From assembly GCA_030619905.1 (NCBI GenBank), contig JAUXAO010000001.1:48348-112347 (forward strand): a DNA stretch of 64,000 nt, given 5' to 3'. Numbering within the stretch: the first letter of the stretch is position 1; the number at the start of each line of letters is the position of its first letter. The stretch is from a bacterium. Lineage in GTDB: Bacteria > Patescibacteriota > Minisyncoccia > Minisyncoccales > CG1-02-41-26. The notes beneath the pieces were generated by a model, which saw only the letters and a program-made list of their open reading frames with translations, had not been told where the DNA came from and did not search any database. The position numbers and the translations under genes are program-made. Shown in pieces: positions 48,821 through 56,844 of the stretch.

Positions 48821-50182
48821 TTATTTAATAGAGCAAAGTTCCTTTTCTACTTTATAAAGTAGATACTCCTTGCTACATTTTTGTTTTGTACTACATCTCT
48901 CCCGATTAACTTTGAACATATCACCTGTCAAAGCGATCGTTTTACTATGACATCCTCCTGCACAATTCCATTTTAAGAAACAATTTTGACAGGATTGCAT
49001 ATTGCAAACTATTCTTTTCTGTAAATAATTAATCCTTTTTTGGTTAAAAACAATTTTCTTTCTTTTTTTATCAAACCTTCCATATATTAATTCTTTCGGA
49101 GCCGTTCTTCCAAGATAGGCTTCATAACAACAGCTGATATAACTATCAGGCGTAAGAAATATATTAGGAATGGAAGCACCACAATGAGCACATGATCTTC
49201 TGTAAACTGGTAAAAAAGCACTTATTAATTTAATATTTAATTCATCCGCTAATTTTTTTGCTTCCAAATAATTCTCTATGTATAAAGCTAGGTCAGGCGC
49301 TTTGGAAAAATTATCTTTTGGCTTAAAGCTCCTTCCTGCCTCAAATATTGGCTCAAAATGAACTGATTTTATGCCTAATTTATGAAAATATTTAATTATT
49401 TCTCTCTGTTTTGTAACGGAAAAAGCAGAAATTGTAGATCTTACTGAAAAAGGATAGTTATTTTTTACCAGGAATTCAATAGTTTTCTCGACAAAAGGAC
49501 TACTTTTATCTCCATCCTTTAATGGCCTCTGTCTATCCTGAATACGAGGTGGCCCATCTATAGATACAGAAAGTTGAAAATTATTCTTTATTAAATAAAC
49601 AAGGGTTGTTTTAGGAAGTTTACCGTTTATTTGGGTACCAAAATTTAATTTATCTATCTTCTTCTCGGCATATTTAATTATTTTCTTTATTAAACCAATT
49701 GCTAAAGTGGGTTCTCCTCCTCCATGAAAGTAAATATTCAAAGATTTTTTATTTCTCTCCGAAATATAATCTAAAACTGTTTTAACAAAACTGAAGTCAA
49801 TTGTTTCCTTTATATCTCCTCCTTGAGCAAAACAATACTTACACTTTAGATTACAGTCAGTAGTCAAAAGGATGAAGAGGTCACCATAATATCGAAACTT
49901 AGTATAAGGATTACAGTAAGAACGAAAAATATTACTATCTTTATTTAACAACAACTTAGCTTGAGAAAATGCTTTTTGTTTATCTTTCGGTATCTTCTTA
50001 GAATTAAGCAGATTTTTTGCCTCTTTATCTAATAAAAAAACTCTGTTTAGCAAAGAACTATAAAGAACATAATCATTTTTTATTTTACCAATATAATGTA
50101 GGTCTGGTATAATTTTTAAATCATCACCGAAACTTATTTTTGCATACGAATTATCTAAAAAATCAATAAAGTTTATTCTCAT
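48821..50182 (-). CDS. Radical SAM/SPASM protein (paralog of 45949-47811)
   Basis: CNLKCKYC, HGGGEPT, CQNCFLKWNCAGGC; shared N-terminal PDLH.IG.IK..YSSLLNRVFL. Confidence 0.92.
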   Translation of the reverse strand: MRINFIDFLDNSYAKISFGDDLKIIPDLHYIGKIKNDYVLYSSLLNRVFLLDKEAKNLLNSKKIPKDKQKAFSQAKLLLNKDSNIFRSYCNPYTKFRYYGDLFILLTTDCNLKCKYCFAQGGDIKETIDFSFVKTVLDYISERNKKSLNIYFHGGGEPTLAIGLIKKIIKYAEKKIDKLNFGTQINGKLPKTTLVYLIKNNFQLSVSIDGPPRIQDRQRPLKDGDKSSPFVEKTIEFLVKNNYPFSVRSTISAFSVTKQREIIKYFHKLGIKSVHFEPIFEAGRSFKPKDNFSKAPDLALYIENYLEAKKLADELNIKLISAFLPVYRRSCAHCGASIPNIFLTPDSYISCCYEAYLGRTAPKELIYGRFDKKRKKIVFNQKRINYLQKRIVCNMQSCQNCFLKWNCAGGCHSKTIALTGDMFKVNRERCSTKQKCSKEYLLYKVEKELCSIK

Positions 50183-50205
50183 AAAAAGGAATTCTAATCA
50201 GGATA

Positions 50206-50745
50206 TTATATTTCTGCCCCAACTCCCGCACAACAAGGACAAGCACTACCATGGGAAGAATGATTAGAATGGGAGTCGTGAGAACTATGGGAACCATGAG
50301 AACCATGAGAAGAATGAGAAGAATGGGAGGCATGAGAACAATGAGATTGATGAGAACTATGAGAACTGTGAGATCCATGAGATCCATGAGATCCATGGGA
50401 AGAATGGGAAGAATGGGAACTGTGCGAGCCATGCGAGCCGTGGGAAACATGGGATCCATGAGAGCCATGCGAGCCATGAGAGACATGAGAAGAATGGGAG
50501 CCATGCGAGCCATGGGAAACATGAGAAGAATGGGATGTATGGGAGGCATGGGAAGAATGGGAAGAGTGGTCACATTTCCACTCTGCCTGAACATCCTTAG
50601 CGATCATAGACCCTCCTACAGCTGCACCTAACACAAGAAGCATTGTTCCTGCTTTAACAATGTCTTTTTTATTGACATTTCCTTCTTCAGAGGTAAGAAA
50701 GGCTTTAATATTCTTTTTAAATTTTGGCAATAATTTGTTTTCCAT
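50206..50745 (-). CDS. His-Xaa-Ser repeat precursor peptide (HxsA-type), 36 triplets
   Basis: 54-aa leader, EWKCD, 35 HxS plus 1 HSN in unbroken register, tail ACPCCAGVGAEI. Confidence 0.93.
   Translation of the reverse strand: MENKLLPKFKKNIKAFLTSEEGNVNKKDIVKAGTMLLVLGAAVGGSMIAKDVQAEWKCDHSSHSSHASHTSHSSHVSHGSHGSHSSHVSHGSHGSHGSHVSHGSHGSHSSHSSHSSHGSHGSHGSHSSHSSHQSHCSHASHSSHSSHGSHGSHSSHDSHSNHSSHGSACPCCAGVGAEI
50603..50727. repeat. 125-bp perfect direct repeat encoding the shared precursor leader (copy 2 at 51033-51157)
   Basis: Base-for-base identity at offset 430. Confidence 0.92.
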
Positions 50746-50770
50746 TTTTTATCTATATTCGAATATTTTA

Positions 50771-51166
50771 TTAACACCAACCACCCTGAGCATGAGAACT
50801 ATGAGAACCGTGTGAGGCATGAGAACAATGGGAACTATGGGAACGATGGCAAGAACTATGAGATCCATGGGAAGAATGGGAAGAATGGGAACTGTGCGAG
50901 CCATGCGAGCCATGAGAGACATGAGAAGAATGGGAGCCATGCGAGCCATGAGAGACATGAGAAGAATGGGAAGAATGGGAACCATGGGAAGAATGTTCAC
51001 ACTCAGGCCACTGGGCTTGCACTTCACGAGCAATCATAGACCCTCCTACAGCTGCACCTAACACAAGAAGCATTGTTCCTGCTTTAACAATGTCTTTTTT
51101 ATTGACATTTCCTTCTTCAGAGGTAAGAAAGGCTTTAATATTCTTTTTAAATTTTGGTAGCTTCAT
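50771..51166 (-). CDS. His-Xaa-Ser repeat precursor peptide (HxsA-type), 22 HxS plus HAQ
   Basis: Same leader, QWPECE, 16 HxS, C, 6 HxS, HAQGGWC. Confidence 0.93.
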   Translation of the reverse strand: MKLPKFKKNIKAFLTSEEGNVNKKDIVKAGTMLLVLGAAVGGSMIAREVQAQWPECEHSSHGSHSSHSSHVSHGSHGSHSSHVSHGSHGSHSSHSSHSSHGSHSSCHRSHSSHCSHASHGSHSSHAQGGWC

Positions 51167-51630
51167 TCTTGTTCACTTACCATTTTAGTTATTCTAATAG
51201 CTGTAAATTCATTAAGTTCATTGATTCCATCACGAGTTGACTCAATTGTCACTACTACAACATCATCGTCTACGCCTATTTCAGAAAACTCACAGGGATT
51301 TTTTTGTTTGTCATCTACGTAGTAAACTTCACACTCTGTATTGTTTGTAAGTTTGATAGTCTTTTCCATTGTTTCTTCCTGGGCATTTTCAATTAGAAAG
51401 GTTCTTGCTTCTATTTTAAAAGTCATTTCTTCAGAATCGATTGCCTTAACTATCCCCTCTATAAGATTATTTGGATATTCTTCTTCCAAAAGTTCTCTGT
51501 CTTCCTCTTCAGTAACAGGAGGCTGATAGGTCAATGCCAGAAAACCGATCAGAGCAACAATAATTACTCCTATTAAAATAAATAAATTCCTTTTATTTTT
51601 TTTCATAATTTTCATAATTTCAGTTTTCAT
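51163..51630 (-). CDS. Membrane-anchored hypothetical protein (paralog of 56841-57203)
   Basis: N-terminal TM; EYPNNLIEG..KTIKLT..FTAIRITKMV; stop overlaps the precursor ATG. Confidence 0.75.
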   Translation of the reverse strand: MKTEIMKIMKKNKRNLFILIGVIIVALIGFLALTYQPPVTEEEDRELLEEEYPNNLIEGIVKAIDSEEMTFKIEARTFLIENAQEETMEKTIKLTNNTECEVYYVDDKQKNPCEFSEIGVDDDVVVVTIESTRDGINELNEFTAIRITKMVSEQE

Positions 51631-51667
51631 AATTTTATATTATTATATTATTATATGTTATTATATT

Positions 51668-51697
51668 ATTTTATCTTACCAAATTAGACAGTGTCAA
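51668..51697 (-). promoter_or_regulatory. sigma70 promoter for the precursor sub-operon
   Basis: TTGACA-18 bp-TAAAAT followed by an AT-rich (A/TATAAT)n tract. Confidence 0.6.
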
Positions 51698-51719
51698 GCA
51701 ATTATCTTAAAAATTATAT

Positions 51720-52802
51720 CTAAAAGCAAATCTCTTCCTCTATTCTTTGAATATAATGGTTAAATAAGTTGTTACTTAAAGCATTAAGTTTAATTTTCTT
51801 GGAGGCTTTTAAACAAAGATTACGGCATATTCCATATACTTTCTCAGCTTTTTTATCAGCATAAGGATAATCAGAAGAATAATTTAATTGGCACATCTGA
51901 CAATTATGATTTTTAAAATTATATTTGCACTTTTTAAAACTTCCAAAAAATCCGGAATTAACATTGCCAATAATATATTTCTCTTTATCTGGAGAGTTTA
52001 ACAAAAAAGGGGAAAAGGCCATTATGCCTGAGGGATAAACTTCCAGGTTATACCAGAAAGGACATTCGATCCTAAGCGATTGACTGATTTTCTGATACTT
52101 AATTTCCCAATTAACCGGATTTAGAAATATAAAGTTCTCTTTTTGAATATTAATGAGAATAAAATCTATAATTTTATTGAAACTCGAAATAAATTTCTTC
52201 TGAGCCTCTTTTGACCATTCTTCGTACTGCTGGATTATTTCAAAACTCATATGATTAAAGCCGAGTTTTAATAGATGTTTAAAATTCTTTTCCATCCTTA
52301 TTACCGTAGAAGGAAATAAACAGAAACCAACGCCTAAATTCTTTCTGGGAATTTTTTCAAAAATCATTGGTAGTTTTTTTGAAATTATTTCATAAGTACC
52401 TTCGTTTTTCTCCAGATTTCTGAATTTATCCTGGTCAGACCTTCCTCCCACCAAGCTGATAATTAATTTTATGTCATGTTTTTCTAGAAAATCTAAATGT
52501 TTTTTTTCGAGCAAAACAGCGTTCGTACAAACTGTTGTGGTCAAATTCTTTTTCAACTTTTTAGCTTGAGATATCGCATAAGGTACCATTTCCTTAATTA
52601 ACTTAAAATTAAGTAAAGGTTCACCGCCATAAATTGATAAAAGTTTATCTTCCCCCCGCGATTTTAACAACAAATCAATACTATTTTTGGCAGTAGTAAG
52701 GTCCATGTATTCATTAGTCTTTTTTACAAAACAGTAATCACAGTTAAGATTACATTTTGTAGTTATGGCTAATTTTATTCTGTTTATTCGTTTTTTTATC
52801 AT
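51720..52802 (-). CDS. Radical SAM protein (anaerobic sulfatase maturase-like fold)
   Basis: CNLNCDYC, YGGEPLL, CPFW..VYPSG, CQMC. Confidence 0.88.
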   Translation of the reverse strand: MIKKRINRIKLAITTKCNLNCDYCFVKKTNEYMDLTTAKNSIDLLLKSRGEDKLLSIYGGEPLLNFKLIKEMVPYAISQAKKLKKNLTTTVCTNAVLLEKKHLDFLEKHDIKLIISLVGGRSDQDKFRNLEKNEGTYEIISKKLPMIFEKIPRKNLGVGFCLFPSTVIRMEKNFKHLLKLGFNHMSFEIIQQYEEWSKEAQKKFISSFNKIIDFILINIQKENFIFLNPVNWEIKYQKISQSLRIECPFWYNLEVYPSGIMAFSPFLLNSPDKEKYIIGNVNSGFFGSFKKCKYNFKNHNCQMCQLNYSSDYPYADKKAEKVYGICRNLCLKASKKIKLNALSNNLFNHYIQRIEEEICF

Positions 52803-52803
52803 T

Positions 52804-53664
52804 TTATCTAAAATAAACCTCCAATTGTTTATTTTTAATAGCTATGAAGCTAACTCTAAAGTTTTTAACATGAGTTTTAATTTGTTCTAAAAAAGATTTA
52901 TGGGAGCTGAAACAAGACATTTTTGAAAACTGTTTGAAATCTAATCCTTTACAGCGAAAATATATGTCTTTTGAAAAAGGTTTATTATTTCTAAATCTAG
53001 TTAGTAAACCAATTCTTTTTATCGGCTTCAACTTATTAAGTTGTTGGAATACATTTTTCTCTTCCTTTCTTAAAATTTTAGAAGATGCTTTTATCGCCTG
53101 ATAAATTTTTAATGAACACTCACCATTTGGATAAAAATCGAAAATAATATTTTCTATATTAGTAAAATTTTGGTAAAGTGACTCCCATCTCTTTATTCCC
53201 AAAAATTTGCCTATAGTGGGTAGTAATTTAGTACTAACAGGATTTAAACCGATGCTAATTTTATCGAATTGGTTGCTAAAAGAATTAAAATCAACGTAAA
53301 ATACGATTACGTCATTTTTTCTTCCATGGGATAATGGAATAGATAAGATAAAATCTAAGATTTTTCGGTTAAACTTGAATTTAAAATTATCACTAATTTT
53401 TTTAAAAATATTTAATAGAATATCGCCTTTTATAAAATCTTGACATTTTTTTCGTCCAGAAAGCTTTGAATAATGAAAACAATAGGTAGCCTTAACCACT
53501 TTAAATTTTTCCATAGTGTTAAAAGAACTTTCAATATGATATCTTACCTTAGATTTTCTTAGATTATCGCCTAAATCAACTATCTTAAAAAATAACTTCT
53601 GGGTCTTTTTCGGGACTTTTATTAAAAATTTACTCGCCCATTTTTTATATTTATTTCTAGTCAT
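52804..53664 (-). CDS. LynF/TruF/PagF-like peptide prenyltransferase (ABBA fold), divergent
   Basis: IESS, FKFNRKIL, YVDFN, IIFDFYPNGECSLKIY and LEVYF align in order and spacing with motifs recalled for cyanobactin prenyltransferases; 286 aa. Confidence 0.6.
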   Translation of the reverse strand: MTRNKYKKWASKFLIKVPKKTQKLFFKIVDLGDNLRKSKVRYHIESSFNTMEKFKVVKATYCFHYSKLSGRKKCQDFIKGDILLNIFKKISDNFKFKFNRKILDFILSIPLSHGRKNDVIVFYVDFNSFSNQFDKISIGLNPVSTKLLPTIGKFLGIKRWESLYQNFTNIENIIFDFYPNGECSLKIYQAIKASSKILRKEEKNVFQQLNKLKPIKRIGLLTRFRNNKPFSKDIYFRCKGLDFKQFSKMSCFSSHKSFLEQIKTHVKNFRVSFIAIKNKQLEVYFR

Positions 53665-53698
53665 AATGGTCTACTTTTAGTCATAATGGTCTACTTTT
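53658..53698. repeat. Perfect 20-bp tandem duplication at a gene junction
   Basis: TAGTCATAATGGTCTACTTT x2. Confidence 0.95.
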
Positions 53699-54754
53699 CC
53701 ATTTTAAGATATTCTTTATTTTTAGAAAAGAAGAAATATAAATTTTTGAAATATTACAAAAGGTTTTAAAATATTTTTTAAAATCTTTCTCATTCTCAAT
53801 GCACCAGAGATATAAACCTATAGGACAAAAACAGTAATTTTCTAAAGAACACTTCAGACAACTATTTTGAGTTGATTCAACTATTTCTCTTTTTGCCTTT
53901 TTTAATAGCTCTAATCTTTTTACATAATTAACTCCTTTTTCTCCATTGCCAATTATGTATTTTTTTCTTCTGTTATCAAAGAAAGAAAATATTTTGTCAC
54001 AAAGATAAAAGTTCCCATCTGGACCTAATATCAGTTTTTGGCAGCAGAAATTATCACTATCTTTGTTCAACATCCTATTTATAAAAAGAATTTCGAGAGA
54101 AGAATCATAATTAGAATTCAAACTGCTATAAAATTCAGCAAATATATCAAATTCTTTTTTTAAAACATTAAGATGCTTCTTTGACCATAATCTATATATT
54201 TCTGGATAAAAATCTAGCTGGGAAAAACCATTCTCAACAAAAAACTTAATATTTTTGTTAAAATATTCTACTGTTTCCGGAGTAAAAACCGAACAAATCT
54301 TAATCTTTTTTTTATCCAAATCCTTGATATTACCCCAAGTTGTCTTAAAAACAGAAGATTTTCCATCTTTAAACACTCTATTTATATCATTTATATTTTT
54401 TCTACCATCTAGGCTCACTGAAAGAACAATATTATTTTTCTTTAAAAAGTCATACTTTTTTTTATTAAGTAAAGTTCCATTGGTAGAAACTATTATAATA
54501 GATTCCTTCCCTTTTTGGTTTTTCCTAACCGATTCTATTAATTTTTTTAGAGAAGACCAATATAACAAAGGTTCTCCTCCGGTAAAACTTATAACAGGAT
54601 TTTCTGAAGGATTTCTCAAAAAGAAATTAATTCCTTTTTTTATTAAAGGAATATTTAAAGGGATTTTTCTCAGGTTTTCTTTATCAATAAAACAATAGCT
54701 GCAATCAAGATTGCAGCTCCCACCAAGAAAAATAGAAAGAGAATGATATTTCAT
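53681..54754 (-). CDS. Radical SAM/SPASM protein
   Basis: CNLDCSYC, TGGEPLL, SLDG, CC..GPDGNFYLC, CLKC..CFCPIG; ATG at 54754 preferred. Confidence 0.9.
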   Translation of the reverse strand: MKYHSLSIFLGGSCNLDCSYCFIDKENLRKIPLNIPLIKKGINFFLRNPSENPVISFTGGEPLLYWSSLKKLIESVRKNQKGKESIIIVSTNGTLLNKKKYDFLKKNNIVLSVSLDGRKNINDINRVFKDGKSSVFKTTWGNIKDLDKKKIKICSVFTPETVEYFNKNIKFFVENGFSQLDFYPEIYRLWSKKHLNVLKKEFDIFAEFYSSLNSNYDSSLEILFINRMLNKDSDNFCCQKLILGPDGNFYLCDKIFSFFDNRRKKYIIGNGEKGVNYVKRLELLKKAKREIVESTQNSCLKCSLENYCFCPIGLYLWCIENEKDFKKYFKTFCNISKIYISSFLKIKNILKWKSRPL

Positions 54755-54768
54755 AAATAATACTAATG

Positions 54769-56214
54769 TTATCTTCTGCTGGTCCATTTCTTAAGCACCT
54801 TTAAACTCTTGGGTTCTTCGAATTTCTGGAATAGATAATCTAAGATACCTCTGTTTACCTGACAGCGAAAATTATTTGGAGTCTGGGAAAAAATGTTATC
54901 ACCTTCAGAATAATTAAAGACAGGACAAACTCCACAATAAGGAAGGTAAACGCACTCGCTGCATCCGCTAAGCCCTTCTAATGTGGAAGCAAGACATAAA
55001 GATTTAGTTACTGGTGAAGAAATAATTTCCTCATAACTATTTTTGTAGACATTACCAATTTTAAATGTCTCATCACCCATCTGACCGAGCATTCTTCCCT
55101 CATCGCACGTGTAAATGTCTCCGTTATAATGATAAGCTATCTGGCCGATACCTGCTCCACAAGGGGAGCGAAGATCTAAAAAATTAGGATCATTATCAGT
55201 AAATACTTTTTGAATAATTATAGCTGCTGTTCTTTCTCTAATCCTTACTCCTTTGATATTTAATTTTATAATATAGTCTAACGCCTTCTTGTAAAATTCA
55301 AGAAATTCCTCTGCTGTATATCCTATCACCTTTTGAAGACTCTTGGCCATTCCAAAAGGATTAAGGGGTCTTAGATGAATATCTCTCGCGCCTAATTTCA
55401 CATATTCATCGACAATCTCTTTCCAGAAAGGAAGAGAATATCGGGTTGTGGTTACTAAAGCGTTTACTCGATATCCCAAACCCCTATATTTATCTTTTAC
55501 CTTTTTAATTCTTTGTAATGTAATAGAATGACCATTCTTTTTATTAATCATTGGCCTATTCTTATTATGAAGCTTTTCTGGTCCGTCCAAGGAACTGCAC
55601 ATAGAAATCTTTTTGTTATAGAGCCAATTTAATTTCTTGTCATCCAAGAGTGTCAGGGTGGAAACTAAACTAAACCTTAATTTTTTCTTTGCTTTCTTAT
55701 TTTTCTCAAGCGCATAATCTACAATAAATTTAACTATCTCAAAATTTGCCAATGGTTCTCCTCCCTGAAATTCAATAATAATCTCAGAGGAAGTAGTTTG
55801 GAAAATCATATCTACTACCTTTTTGGCCGTCTTTTTCGTCATATCTAAATCTTTCCTAGCCATACTTTTCGAGGAAGCATGACAATATATACAAGCATGG
55901 TCGCAACGAAGAGTAATAACAATAATATGCAAACTTGGTCCTTGGGTTAAATATTTATGACGCTGAGCATATATTTGAGTCATCTGCATCTGACAATTTT
56001 GACAATTCCACGATTCAGAAGTAAAATGTTTTTTATCTAATTCCTTGTAGATAATACTGTTTCTTTTCAATTTACCTTGCGTGAAATCTTTAAATTCCTT
56101 TTCCTTAAGGAATCTAAAATCACCAAGATCATTGGTTAAAAGATATTTATTTCCTAATTTCCTAAAGCGAAGAAGTCCTGTTGAATTAATTTTTGATTTA
56201 TTATGATTATGCAT
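54769..56214 (-). CDS. hxsB: His-Xaa-Ser system radical SAM maturase HxsB
   Basis: LLRF..YLLTND.G, PSLHIIVITLRCDHACIYCHAS, IEFQGGEPL, DLRSPCGAGIGQIAY..YTCDEGRM. Confidence 0.9.
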   Translation of the reverse strand: MHNHNKSKINSTGLLRFRKLGNKYLLTNDLGDFRFLKEKEFKDFTQGKLKRNSIIYKELDKKHFTSESWNCQNCQMQMTQIYAQRHKYLTQGPSLHIIVITLRCDHACIYCHASSKSMARKDLDMTKKTAKKVVDMIFQTTSSEIIIEFQGGEPLANFEIVKFIVDYALEKNKKAKKKLRFSLVSTLTLLDDKKLNWLYNKKISMCSSLDGPEKLHNKNRPMINKKNGHSITLQRIKKVKDKYRGLGYRVNALVTTTRYSLPFWKEIVDEYVKLGARDIHLRPLNPFGMAKSLQKVIGYTAEEFLEFYKKALDYIIKLNIKGVRIRERTAAIIIQKVFTDNDPNFLDLRSPCGAGIGQIAYHYNGDIYTCDEGRMLGQMGDETFKIGNVYKNSYEEIISSPVTKSLCLASTLEGLSGCSECVYLPYCGVCPVFNYSEGDNIFSQTPNNFRCQVNRGILDYLFQKFEEPKSLKVLKKWTSRR

Positions 56215-56410
56215 TTTTAATTAATCCTAAAACATAATTACAAAATTCTTCTTTTATCACATTTCTTGATTCTGGATCTATATTTTTCAAATCAACTTTG
56301 ATATTTTTTTTACCCACTTCTATATCAAAATCAGCCAATCCTTTATAGTCATGGATGGCTTTTTCAATAGATTTCAGATTGTAAAAATTCCTATTGAAGT
56401 TAATAGTCAT
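56207..56410 (-). CDS. HxsD-like small protein
   Basis: FYNLKSIEKAIHDY..EEFCNYVLG; lies between hxsD and hxsB. Confidence 0.8.
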   Translation of the reverse strand: MTINFNRNFYNLKSIEKAIHDYKGLADFDIEVGKKNIKVDLKNIDPESRNVIKEEFCNYVLGLIKNA

Positions 56411-56844
56411 GATTTTTTCTTCTCTCCATATCTTTCTTCCCAGGGTACAGCAATCCCAAGAGGATCTTCTTCAAATACTTCTTCTACTCCTTTTTCTCTC
56501 GTCTCTTGGGGAGAAAGAGCAGAAAATAAAGCTCTTTCAACAATAGTATCGCGAATCTTTCCTGTATTCTTGGCAATAGACAGTCTTAAAACATAATTCA
56601 GAAGTTCATTCTTAAATTCCCCGACTAATATTTCCAGTTCCTTGGAATTTAATTCCTTTTTTCCTTTTATGGAAACTTTTATTTCTTTTTTAGGATTCCC
56701 ATTTAAAAATAAATAAGCCCGATCAATAAAAACATAACAGGCTCCATAAACAGCTTCTAAAGGATACACGTCAGGATTAAGAGAGATTATAATCTCATTC
56801 TTTTTTTTAGTAATTTTTATACTTTTTTTATTTTTTGATTTCAT
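56407..56844 (-). CDS. hxsD: His-Xaa-Ser system protein HxsD
   Basis: YPLEAVYGACYVFIDRAY, EFKNELLNYVLR, IRDTIVERAL, EDPLGIAVPWEE. Confidence 0.85.
   Translation of the reverse strand: MKSKNKKSIKITKKKNEIIISLNPDVYPLEAVYGACYVFIDRAYLFLNGNPKKEIKVSIKGKKELNSKELEILVGEFKNELLNYVLRLSIAKNTGKIRDTIVERALFSALSPQETREKGVEEVFEEDPLGIAVPWEERYGEKKKS

Noticed and set aside
50250-51000. Dense short repeats resembling a CRISPR array or satellite
   Set aside because: The period is 9 bp with no unique spacers and no cas genes. They are the codons of the His-Xaa-Ser cores.
50163-51061. Alternative-frame and antisense ORFs (MRTMG.., PILPM.., HENNG.. repeats)
   Set aside because: Shadows of the stop-free 9-bp repeat. 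The HxS frame has the shared leader and fits the hxsB/hxsD context.
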